DNA of 64,000 nucleotides from an uncultured Gemmataceae bacterium (lineage in GTDB: Bacteria > Planctomycetota > Planctomycetia > Gemmatales > Gemmataceae). A program made the translations under genes and the position numbers. The notes beneath the pieces were generated by a model. It searched no databases. It had not been told where the DNA came from and worked only from the letters and a program-made list of their open reading frames with translations. The stretch covers positions 864,001-928,000 of the forward strand of contig CAVVPN010000012.1 in assembly GCA_963750165.1 (NCBI GenBank). The letters are read 5' to 3'. Shown here in pieces: positions 51,358 to 59,798 of the stretch; position 1 is the stretch's first letter; each line of letters starts with the position of its first letter.

Positions 51358-52028
51358 ATGTTGCCCTGCCCGTCGCCCCGACCACGATGGACTGCTGGAA
51401 CCGCATCGGCGTGCGCGGCGACCGCTCCTGCCCGGAGTTGGCGAAGGTCGTGCATTGCCACAACTGCCCGGTGTTCGCCACCGCCGGCCGCAATTTTCTC
51501 AACGCGCCGGCGCCGGCGGGCTACCTGGAGGAGTGGACCGCCCGATTGGCGGCGCCGCCGGAGGACACGGCCACTGACCTGCAGAGTGTGCTGATTTTCC
51601 GCATTGGCGAGGAGTGGCTGGCGCTGCCGGTCGAGGTCCTCACGGAGGTCACGCCCTGGCGGACGCCGCACCGTGTACCGCACCGCGGCGGCCTGCTGGC
51701 CGGCCTCGTCAACCTCCGCGGCGAGCTGCACCTGTGCGTCCTGCTGGATCAGTTGCTCGGCATCCGCAGCGACCGCACCCAGGCGGCCGGACCGGAGGCG
51801 GCGGGGCGGCTGCTGGTCGTGGTGTGGCGGCAGCAACGCTGGGTGTTCCCGGTCGATGCCGTGGACCAGGTACACCGCTTTTCACGGGCCAATCTAACGC
51901 CGGCGCCGGCGACCGTGGCCCGGTCGCACCATCGGTTGTCGCAGGGCGTGTTTCCGTGGGACGGCCGGTCGATCGGCCTGCTGGACCCGGAGCGGTTGTT
52001 TCACGGCCTGGAGGGGAAGCTGCGATGA
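51354..52028 (+). CDS. wspD: CheW with N-terminal Cys motif, WspD-like
   Basis: DCWNRIGVRGDRSCPEL...HCHNCPVF, LIFRIGEEWLALP and GLVNLRGEL. Confidence 0.9.
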   Translation: MNVALPVAPTTMDCWNRIGVRGDRSCPELAKVVHCHNCPVFATAGRNFLNAPAPAGYLEEWTARLAAPPEDTATDLQSVLIFRIGEEWLALPVEVLTEVTPWRTPHRVPHRGGLLAGLVNLRGELHLCVLLDQLLGIRSDRTQAAGPEAAGRLLVVVWRQQRWVFPVDAVDQVHRFSRANLTPAPATVARSHHRLSQGVFPWDGRSIGLLDPERLFHGLEGKLR

Positions 52029-54766
52029 GCGGCGCGGAGGTATCGCTGTTCCGCCTGTTCCGGGAGGAGGTCGCGGCCCACACGGCGACGCTGAGCGCCG
52101 GCCTGGTGGAGCTGGAGGCTGACGCCGCCAACCCGCAGCGCATCGAGCCGCTGATGCGGGCCGCTCACTCGCTCAAGGGGGCCGCCCGCATCGTCAACAT
52201 CGACCCGGCCGTGCGCCTGGCCCACGCCCTGGAGGACGCGCTCGTCGCCGCCCAGGAGGGCCACGTCCGCCTCGAACCCGCGGACATTGACCAGTGCCTG
52301 CGGGCCGCCGACCTGCTGGCCACCCTGAGCCAGATCGACGAGGACGCCGTGCCCACCTGGTCCGCCGAACACCAGGCGCGAGTGGAGCAACTCGCCGAGG
52401 TATTTCGCGGCATTCAGCAGGGCCAGCCGACGGCCACCGCGCCGGCGGTCGCTCCCACGAACGGGGCCGCCGCGCCGGCCGCGGAGCCGCGCGGCCTGGT
52501 CTTCACCGAGGAACCGGCGCCCGCCGCGGACGATGATTCGATGCTGGGCCTGTACCGCGAAGAGGTGCGCGTTCACGCCGCGGTTCTGAGCGATGGCCTG
52601 CGCCGCCTGGCCGCGGGACCGCTGCCGGCGGCGGACGTGGACGCCCTGATCCACGCGGCCCACACGCTGAACGGCGGCGCCCGGCTGCTCGGGCTGGAGC
52701 CGGCAGCCCAGGTGTGCCAGGCGTTGAAGCAGGCGCTCACCGCCATCCGCGACGGGGCGCTGCGCCTCGGGCCGGCGGAACTGGATGTCTGCGGTCGGGC
52801 GCTGGCGTTTCTGACGGGGCTGCAGCAGGTCAACGAGGAGACGCTGCCGGAGTGGACCGCCAGCCAGGGCGCGACCGTAACGGAACTGCGGCAGGCGCTC
52901 GACGGGTTGCCGCGGAGTCCGGTCACTGGACCCGTAGTGCAGGCGGCCCGCCTGCACAGCGATGGTGCAGGCGGGCCGCCTGCACCACGGGAAGCGGCGC
53001 CCGCAGCGAAGGAAAAAGACACGGCCCCGGAAGACGCCGTGGTCCGCGTGACGGCGCTGAGCCTGAACCGCCTGATGAGCCTGGCCGGCGAATCGCTGGT
53101 GCAGGCCCGCTGGCTGGCCCCGTTCTCGACGGCGCTGCTGAAACTGAAGAAACACCAGGACCACCTGCGCGGCCTGCTCAACGCCATCGCCCAGGCGCTG
53201 CCGCCCAGTCGCGACGGCGACGAGCTGCCCGGCCTGGTGGCGGAGGCGCGGCGGCTGGCGGACCACTGCCGGCAGGTGCTCGGCGAACGCACCGGCGAGT
53301 TCGATGACCACGCCAGCCGGGCGGAGGACCTGAACACCCGGCTGTACCGTGAGGTCATCAGCAGCCGTATGCGGCCGTTCGCCGACGGCGCCCACGGCTT
53401 CCCGCGCCTGGTCCGCGACCTGGCCCGCAGCCTCGGCCGCAAGGCCCGCCTGGAAATTGACGGGGCCGACACGCCGGTGGACCGCGACATCCTGGAAAAA
53501 CTGGACGCGCCGTTGAACCACCTGCTGCGCAACGCTGTGGATCACGCCATCGAGTCGCCGGAACTGCGCCGCGCCGCCGGCAAACCCGAGGCTGGGCTGA
53601 TCCGCGTCGAGGCCCGCCACCGCGCCGGCATGTTGGCGATCACCGTCAGCGACGACGGCCGCGGCATCAACGTGGAATCCGTGCGCCGCAAGGTGGTGGA
53701 CCGCGGCCTGGCCACGGCGGCCATGGCGCAGTCGCTGTCCGAGGTGGAGTTGCTGGAGTTCCTGTTCCTGCCCGGCTTCTCGACGGCGACGGCGGTGACG
53801 GAGGTGTCGGGCCGCGGCGTCGGCCTGGACGTGGTGCTGACCGCGGCGCGAGCGGTGGGCGGTTCGGCCCGCGTTACGACACACCTGGGCCGCGGCACCG
53901 CGTTCCACCTGCAGCTGCCGATCACGCTGTCGGTGCTGCGGGCGGTGCTGGTGGAGATCGCCGGCGAGGTCTACGCCTTCCCGCACAACCGCATCGAGCG
54001 CATCCTGCGCGTGCCGCGCGCGGAGGTGCGCTCACTGGAGAATCGGCAATACCTCGTGCTGGACGGGCTCAACGTCGGCCTGGTGCTGGCGGCGCAGGTG
54101 CTGGACCTGCCGGCGGCGCCGCCGGCCGACGAGGACGTGTGCGTCGTGCTGCTGGGCGACGGCACCGGGGTGTACGGCCTGATCGTTGAGGCGTTTCGCG
54201 GTGAGCAGGACCTGGTGGTGCGGCCGCTGGACGCACGGCTCGGCAAGGTGCCCAACCTCAGCGCCGCCGCCATCCTGGACGACGGCTCGCCGGTGCTGAT
54301 CGTGGACACCGAGGACCTGATTCGCTCGGCAGACCGCTTCATTCAGGAGCGGACGCTGCGCCGCTACGAGCCGGTGGCGAAGGCGGAGCGGCCGCGCAAG
54401 CGCGTGCTGGTGGTGGACGACTCGATCACGGTGCGTGAGGTGGAGCGGCAGCTGCTACGGCACCACGGCTACGAGGTAGCGCTGGCGGTGGATGGTCAGG
54501 AGGGTTGGAACGCCGTGCGCTCCGAGCCGTTCGACCTGGTGGTCAGCGACGTGGACATGCCGCGCATGAACGGCTTCGAACTGGTGCGGGCAGTGCGCCG
54601 CGACCCGGCGCTGCGGCAACTGCCGGTGATTATCGTCTCGTACAAGGACCGCGAGGAGGACCGGCTGAAAGGCCTGGACGCCGGCGCGAATTATTACTTA
54701 ACCAAGAGCAGCTTTCATGACGAGACGTTTCTGCGGGCGGTGGCGGATTTGATCGGTGAAGCGTAA
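52025..54766 (+). CDS. wspE: Hybrid CheA-REC kinase with two Hpt domains, WspE-like
   Basis: RAAHSLKGAA and HAAHTLNGGA; HLLRNAVDH, DDGRG, PGFST..SGRGVGLD; CheW domain; REC VDDSITVRE..DVDMPRMNG..YLTKSSFHD. Confidence 0.92.
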   Translation: MSGAEVSLFRLFREEVAAHTATLSAGLVELEADAANPQRIEPLMRAAHSLKGAARIVNIDPAVRLAHALEDALVAAQEGHVRLEPADIDQCLRAADLLATLSQIDEDAVPTWSAEHQARVEQLAEVFRGIQQGQPTATAPAVAPTNGAAAPAAEPRGLVFTEEPAPAADDDSMLGLYREEVRVHAAVLSDGLRRLAAGPLPAADVDALIHAAHTLNGGARLLGLEPAAQVCQALKQALTAIRDGALRLGPAELDVCGRALAFLTGLQQVNEETLPEWTASQGATVTELRQALDGLPRSPVTGPVVQAARLHSDGAGGPPAPREAAPAAKEKDTAPEDAVVRVTALSLNRLMSLAGESLVQARWLAPFSTALLKLKKHQDHLRGLLNAIAQALPPSRDGDELPGLVAEARRLADHCRQVLGERTGEFDDHASRAEDLNTRLYREVISSRMRPFADGAHGFPRLVRDLARSLGRKARLEIDGADTPVDRDILEKLDAPLNHLLRNAVDHAIESPELRRAAGKPEAGLIRVEARHRAGMLAITVSDDGRGINVESVRRKVVDRGLATAAMAQSLSEVELLEFLFLPGFSTATAVTEVSGRGVGLDVVLTAARAVGGSARVTTHLGRGTAFHLQLPITLSVLRAVLVEIAGEVYAFPHNRIERILRVPRAEVRSLENRQYLVLDGLNVGLVLAAQVLDLPAAPPADEDVCVVLLGDGTGVYGLIVEAFRGEQDLVVRPLDARLGKVPNLSAAAILDDGSPVLIVDTEDLIRSADRFIQERTLRRYEPVAKAERPRKRVLVVDDSITVREVERQLLRHHGYEVALAVDGQEGWNAVRSEPFDLVVSDVDMPRMNGFELVRAVRRDPALRQLPVIIVSYKDREEDRLKGLDAGANYYLTKSSFHDETFLRAVADLIGEA

Positions 54767-54769
54767 TAG

Positions 54770-54847
54770 AATTGCCAATTGACAATTGACAATTGCCAAT
54801 TGAAAAACATCGCAGGTGCTGTCTTTCAATTGGCAATTGGCAATTCC
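54770..54847. repeat. Heptamer tandem hairpin (CAATTGA/CAATTGC)n
   Basis: AATTGCCAATTGACAATTGACAATTGCCAATTGAAA / TTTCAATTGGCAATTGGCAATT between wspE and wspF. Confidence 0.88.
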
Positions 54848-54860
54848 CACGGAGTGGGTC

Positions 54861-55898
54861 ATGCGCGTGGGCATCGTCAACGATCTGGCCCTGGCCTGTG
54901 AGGTGCTGCGGCGGGCGGTGACCGCGGTGCCGGGCTACGCCGTCGCCTGGGTCGCGGTCAACGGCGCCGAGGCGGTGCGTCTGGCGCACGACGACCCGTC
55001 TGATGTCATTCTGATGGACCTCATCATGCCCGTGATGGACGGCGTCGAGGCCACGCGGCGCATCATCAGCGCCACGCCCTGCCCCATCCTGCTGGTCACG
55101 AGCAGCGTTCACGGCAACTTCAGCAAGGTCTACGAGGCGATGGGCCACGGCGCCCTCGACGCGGTGGACACGCCCACGCTCGGGCCGCAGGGGGCACTGG
55201 TCGGTGGCGACGGGCTGCTGACGCGGCTGGCCCGGCTGGAGCGCGAACAGGTTGCGCTACGATCCGCGGCGTCGGATCGGGCGCCCCCGACTCCCGGCCC
55301 CAGGCCGCCGGCTGGTAGGGCCACGCCAGCGCTGCTGGCCGTGGGGGCCTCAACCGGCGGCCCGGACGCCCTGGCGCGCGTCCTGGCGGCGCTGCCCGCG
55401 ACGCTGCCGGTAGCCGTGGTGCTCGTCCAGCACATCGGGGTCGGCTTCGCGCCCAGCCTGGCCCAGTGGCTTCAGGGCAAGACGGCCCTGCCGGTGCGCC
55501 TGGCCGCCACGGGCGAGGTGCCGCGTCCGGGCGTGATCCTGCTCGCCGCCACGGACGACCACCTCGTACTGCAGCCCGACGGCCGGCTGGCCTACACGCA
55601 CGAGCCGCGCGAAAATCCCTTCCGGCCCTCGGTGGATGTGTTCTTCCAGAGCCTGGCGCAGGGCTGGCCGCGCCCGGGGGTGGCGGTGCTGCTAACCGGC
55701 ATGGGCAGCGACGGCGGCGCGGGGCTGCTGCGGCTGCGTCAGGCCGGCTGGCTGACGCTGGCCCAGGACGAGGCCACCAGCGTGGTCTATGGCATGCCGA
55801 AGGCCGCCGCCGAACTCGGCGCCGCCTGCCTGACGCTGCCGCTGGACCGCATCGGCCCGGCCGCCGTCGGCCACCTGCAGGGCGCGCGCGGCGGCTGA
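54861..55898 (+). CDS. wspF: CheB methylesterase with REC domain, WspF-like
   Basis: MRVGIVND, ILMDLIMP, GASTGG, VQH, RPSVDVFF and TGMGSDG. Confidence 0.93.
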   Translation: MRVGIVNDLALACEVLRRAVTAVPGYAVAWVAVNGAEAVRLAHDDPSDVILMDLIMPVMDGVEATRRIISATPCPILLVTSSVHGNFSKVYEAMGHGALDAVDTPTLGPQGALVGGDGLLTRLARLEREQVALRSAASDRAPPTPGPRPPAGRATPALLAVGASTGGPDALARVLAALPATLPVAVVLVQHIGVGFAPSLAQWLQGKTALPVRLAATGEVPRPGVILLAATDDHLVLQPDGRLAYTHEPRENPFRPSVDVFFQSLAQGWPRPGVAVLLTGMGSDGGAGLLRLRQAGWLTLAQDEATSVVYGMPKAAAELGAACLTLPLDRIGPAAVGHLQGARGG

Positions 55899-56159
55899 CC
55901 GGCAGACCCTCGGTTGCTTCGACAGCCCGGCAAGGCGAACTTGATGGGGCATCCGTTCGGTCCCAAGCGACGCCAACACGGCGCCTCCAGGGAGTATTGG
56001 GAATTGAACAACCCGCGCCGAATGGATCCGCGAGGCGGACGGCGGGAGAAGGGCAGGCAGCCGTAGGACGATTTTCAGAAGCGTGTTCGGAAAACAGAGG
56101 GCGCAAGGGTGGCGGAGGTGTTGGGCGACAACAGGCCGCCTCTGGCACGCCCGCGGTCG

Positions 56160-56981
56160 TTACTCGTAGCGCCGCAACAGCAAATACTCCACCAACCACA
56201 ACAACGTCCCCAGGCTCTGATCGTTGCGGTCGCGGCCCGGCTCGAACTCCGACAGCGCCACCGCCGTGACGTTCGCGCCCCACGCCGCGTCCAGCAACCG
56301 CAGCAGCAGCGGCGGACTGAGCCCGAACGGCAGCGGCTGCGCCAGCGCCGGAAAGTACGCCGCGTCGAAGACGTCGCAGTCGATGTCCAGCACCACCCGC
56401 CGCGCTGCCCCCGCCGCCTGCCGCAGCCAGCGCAGCGCCGGCCCCGGATCGATGGCCAGCGCCGCCGCCGAAAACGTCTGCTTGTAATAGCGGCCGACAT
56501 ACTCCGGCGTCAGCAGCAACTCGCGGTGGCCCAGGTTTACCAACGGCGGCAGCGACCCCGCGGCGTGCAGCAGAAAATTGCCGTGCGACAGCTCCGCCGT
56601 GCAGTCCGTCAAGTTGTACACGTCCAGGTGAGCGTCGAACTGCACCACCAGCGTGCCCTCCGGCTCGGCGCTCAACTCGTCGTACAGCGGCAGCGCTCCG
56701 AGGTGGTTGCCGGCCAGCCAGAACACCAGATCGCCGCGCCGCCACGCCTGCCGCAGCGCTCGCCGGCCGCGCCGCCGCCAGTCGCCATAATCGGCCAGCG
56801 TCTCGAAGCCGACCTCGCGCAGCCGCACCTGCTCCTGGTAGGCCCGCGCCCGCGTCGGCTGCCGTTCGCGGCGGTTGTCGTCGAACATCTCGGCGATGGC
56901 ATCGCGCAGCAACTCCGCTCCGGCGCCGGCACCGCGGCTGCCGAATAAATCGAAAGGGAAAGCGATGACGCTGGTACTCAC
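56160..56981 (-). CDS. Arginase/ureohydrolase family protein
   Basis: AGNH, FDAHLD, SHG, DIDCDVFD and SEFEP; GTG start. Confidence 0.82.
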   Translation of the reverse strand: MSTSVIAFPFDLFGSRGAGAGAELLRDAIAEMFDDNRRERQPTRARAYQEQVRLREVGFETLADYGDWRRRGRRALRQAWRRGDLVFWLAGNHLGALPLYDELSAEPEGTLVVQFDAHLDVYNLTDCTAELSHGNFLLHAAGSLPPLVNLGHRELLLTPEYVGRYYKQTFSAAALAIDPGPALRWLRQAAGAARRVVLDIDCDVFDAAYFPALAQPLPFGLSPPLLLRLLDAAWGANVTAVALSEFEPGRDRNDQSLGTLLWLVEYLLLRRYE

Positions 56982-57096
56982 GCGCAACCCGCCCCGTCGG
57001 CCGCCCTTGCCATTCGCCCAGGGCCGGCCAGCGTATACAATGAAGGCCATTCGACTTCGGCTGTTCCTTTCAGATATAGGACCGGGGCCCGTCCTC

Positions 57097-57618
57097 ATGC
57101 AAGCCATCGGTGATTTTTACGTGGCCCACACCGCGGTCGTCCTCGGTGACGTGGTGCTGGCACCGGGCGTGAACGTCTGGTACGGTACGGTGGTCCGCGG
57201 CGATCTGGCGACCATCACGCTCGGCCCCAATGTTAACCTCCAGGACGGCTGCGTCGTGCATACCGACTTCGGATGTCCCATGCTTGTCGAGGAAGGCGTG
57301 GTGGTCGGCCATCTGGTGATGCTGCACGGCAGCCGTGTCGGCCGCGATAGCCTGGTCGGCATCGGCGCCCGACTGCTGGCGGGCAGTGACATCGGCGCGG
57401 AGTGCCTGATCGCCGCCGGGGCGCTGGTGACCGAAGGGAAGAGGATTCCGCCACGCTCGGTCGTGATGGGCGTACCGGGCAAGATCGTTCGCGAAGTCAC
57501 CGACGCGGAGGTGCAGCGGACACGCGACATCTGCCAGCATTATCTCGACCGGGCGCGGCGGCACGCGGCCGGCGAGTTCCCACCGCCGTGGCAGCGCGGC
57601 GCACGAGAGGACCGATGA
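57097..57618 (+). CDS. Gamma carbonic anhydrase family (hexapeptide repeat) protein
   Basis: VWYGTVVRGD, NLQDGCVVH, VGHLVMLHG and VMGVPGK. Confidence 0.9.
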   Translation: MQAIGDFYVAHTAVVLGDVVLAPGVNVWYGTVVRGDLATITLGPNVNLQDGCVVHTDFGCPMLVEEGVVVGHLVMLHGSRVGRDSLVGIGARLLAGSDIGAECLIAAGALVTEGKRIPPRSVVMGVPGKIVREVTDAEVQRTRDICQHYLDRARRHAAGEFPPPWQRGAREDR

Positions 57619-58781
57619 ACGCACCGCTGGAAACCCTGATCTACACGCAGCAAAGCTCGCCGGAAATCAACCTGGCGACGCCGAGCGACCGCCGCGCGGA
57701 CATCGACGCCAAGCAGGCGCAGATCGCCTTGCTGCTGCGCGACGTGCAGTGCGAGGGGCTGGTGGTGCTCGACCCCGAGAACTTCGCCTGGTTGAGCGCG
57801 GGCGGGGCCGCTCGCAGCATCGTGGACCCGGCCGACCTGCCAGCGCTGTACTTCAGCCCCGACGGCCGCTGGGCGCTGTGCAGCAATGTCGATTCGCAGC
57901 GCCTCTTCGACGAGGAACTCGACGGCCTCGGCTTCCAGTTGAAGGAGTGGCCGTGGCACTGGGGCCGGGCACAACTGCTGGCGGACCTGCTCCAGAGCCG
58001 CAAGGCCGCCAGCGATCTGCCGCTAAACGGCTGCAAGGTGATCGCGGACAAACTGCGGTCGCTGCGGCGGCGGACCACCCCCTATGAGCAGGCCTGCTAC
58101 CGGGCGCTGGGGCATCTGGTCAGCCACGCCCTGGAAGCGACCTGTCGCAACCTGAACCCCGGCGACACCGAGCGCGAGGTCGCCGGCCAGCTGAGCCACC
58201 GCCTCATCCACCGCGGCGCCAACCCGGTGGTGCTCGGTATTGCCGCCGACGGCCGCTCGCAGCGATACCGGCAATGCGGCTTCACGGCGGCGCCGGTGCG
58301 GTCGCTGTGTGTCGTCAGCGTGCTCGCACGCAAGTATGGCCTGTGCGCCGCCGCCAGCCGATCGGTCTGCTTCGGTGCGCCGGAGGCCGCGTTCCGCCGC
58401 GATCACGACACCTGCTGCAAGATCACCGCCAATTACGTCGCCAGCAGCTGGCCGGACGCGATGCCGCGGCAGATTCTGGCCGCGGCGCGGCGGCTCTACC
58501 AGTACAACGGAGCGGAGCACGAGTGGCTGCTGAGTCCCCAGGGCCATATCACCGGCCACTCCCCGGTCGAGTTGCCCTTGACGCCACAAACCGAGGAACT
58601 GCTGGGCAACAACTGGGTGGTGAACTGGCGCGCCAGCGTGGGTGCGGCGCTCAGCTGCGACACCTTCCTGCTCACCCGGGAGGGGCCGCGCGCGGTGACG
58701 GCGCCGGAGAACTGGCCGCTGAAGCGCATCCGCATCCAGGGCGATGAATTCGTCCGCCCCGACGTGCTCGTCCGCGGCTGA
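57615..58781 (+). CDS. M24/creatinase-fold protein with degenerate metal ligands
   Basis: NFAWLSAGG N-domain; PGDTEREVAG, KYGL...SRSV, QGHITG and DTFLLT. Confidence 0.7.
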   Translation: MNAPLETLIYTQQSSPEINLATPSDRRADIDAKQAQIALLLRDVQCEGLVVLDPENFAWLSAGGAARSIVDPADLPALYFSPDGRWALCSNVDSQRLFDEELDGLGFQLKEWPWHWGRAQLLADLLQSRKAASDLPLNGCKVIADKLRSLRRRTTPYEQACYRALGHLVSHALEATCRNLNPGDTEREVAGQLSHRLIHRGANPVVLGIAADGRSQRYRQCGFTAAPVRSLCVVSVLARKYGLCAAASRSVCFGAPEAAFRRDHDTCCKITANYVASSWPDAMPRQILAAARRLYQYNGAEHEWLLSPQGHITGHSPVELPLTPQTEELLGNNWVVNWRASVGAALSCDTFLLTREGPRAVTAPENWPLKRIRIQGDEFVRPDVLVRG

Positions 58782-58862
58782 TCGGTCTTGGCAAACGCCG
58801 CCACCTTTGTTATGGAGGCCCGCCCCCATCATGGGGACGGCCGGTTTCAGTGAGTCGCATCC

Positions 58863-59750
58863 GTGCATGAAACAGCCGCCGGTGCGCCGCGCCACGTCGC
58901 GGTGTTGCCGGCCGAGGTTCTGTCGCTGTTGCAGCCGCAGCCCGGACAGACGTTCGTGGACTGCACTGTCGGCGCCGGCGGTCACGCCCGGCTGCTCGCC
59001 GAGCGGCTCGGCCCTGACGGCCTGCTCATCGGCCTCGACCAGGATCCGGCCATGCTGGAACTGGCCCGGCCGCGCCTCACCGGCTGTCGCGTGGAGTTGC
59101 GGCACACGAACTTCGAGCATCTGCCCGGCGTGCTGGCGAAGCTGGGCATCATGGCGGTTCATGGCGTGCTGGCGGACCTGGGGTTTTGCTCCGATCAGCT
59201 GGAGGCAGCGCGCGGCCTGAGTTTTCAGCAGCCCGGGCCGCTCGACATGCGGCTCGACCAGACGCGCGGCCAGACCGCGGCGGATTTGCTGCGGCACCTC
59301 AACGAGCGCGACCTGGCCGACCTCATTTACCAGTACGGCGAGGAACGCCACAGCCGCCGCATCGCCCGCCGCATCGTGGAAGCGCGGCGGCTGACGCCGG
59401 TGGAGACGACGGAGCAACTGGCGGAGTTGGTGCGGCGCTGCGTGCCGCGGTCGAAGAGTGGCATCGACCCGGCGACGCGGACGTTTCAGGCGCTGCGGAT
59501 CGCCGTCAATGACGAACTGGGAGCGCTGGAGCGGTTGCTCAAGGCGCTGCCGCGTTGCGTCCAGCCGGGCGGCCGCGTGGCCCTCATCAGCTTCCATTCG
59601 CTGGAGGACCGGCGAGTCAAGCACGCGCTGCGCGACCGTGCGGTGTGGCAGGCGTTGACGCGCAAGCCGGTGCAGGCGACGGACGAGGAAGTGGCCGGCA
59701 ATCCGCGGGCCCGCAGTGCCAAGCTGCGGGCGGCGGTGCGCGGCGCGTAG
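58863..59750 (+). CDS. rsmH: 16S rRNA (cytosine1402-N4)-methyltransferase
   Basis: HVAVL..EV, DCTVGAGGH, ADLG, PLDMR, ATRTFQALRIAVN, ISFHSLEDR and NPRARSAKLR. Confidence 0.97.
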   Translation: MHETAAGAPRHVAVLPAEVLSLLQPQPGQTFVDCTVGAGGHARLLAERLGPDGLLIGLDQDPAMLELARPRLTGCRVELRHTNFEHLPGVLAKLGIMAVHGVLADLGFCSDQLEAARGLSFQQPGPLDMRLDQTRGQTAADLLRHLNERDLADLIYQYGEERHSRRIARRIVEARRLTPVETTEQLAELVRRCVPRSKSGIDPATRTFQALRIAVNDELGALERLLKALPRCVQPGGRVALISFHSLEDRRVKHALRDRAVWQALTRKPVQATDEEVAGNPRARSAKLRAAVRGA

Positions 59751-59798
59751 TGGGTGGGGCGGGCGGCCCCACGGCGGCCGAAACGGAAAGGAGTCCCG

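Noticed and set aside
51614..52024. N-terminal extension of CheA in the 1050-aa ORF
   Set aside because: Overlaps wspD out of frame; the real start is the ATG at 52025 overlapping the wspD stop.
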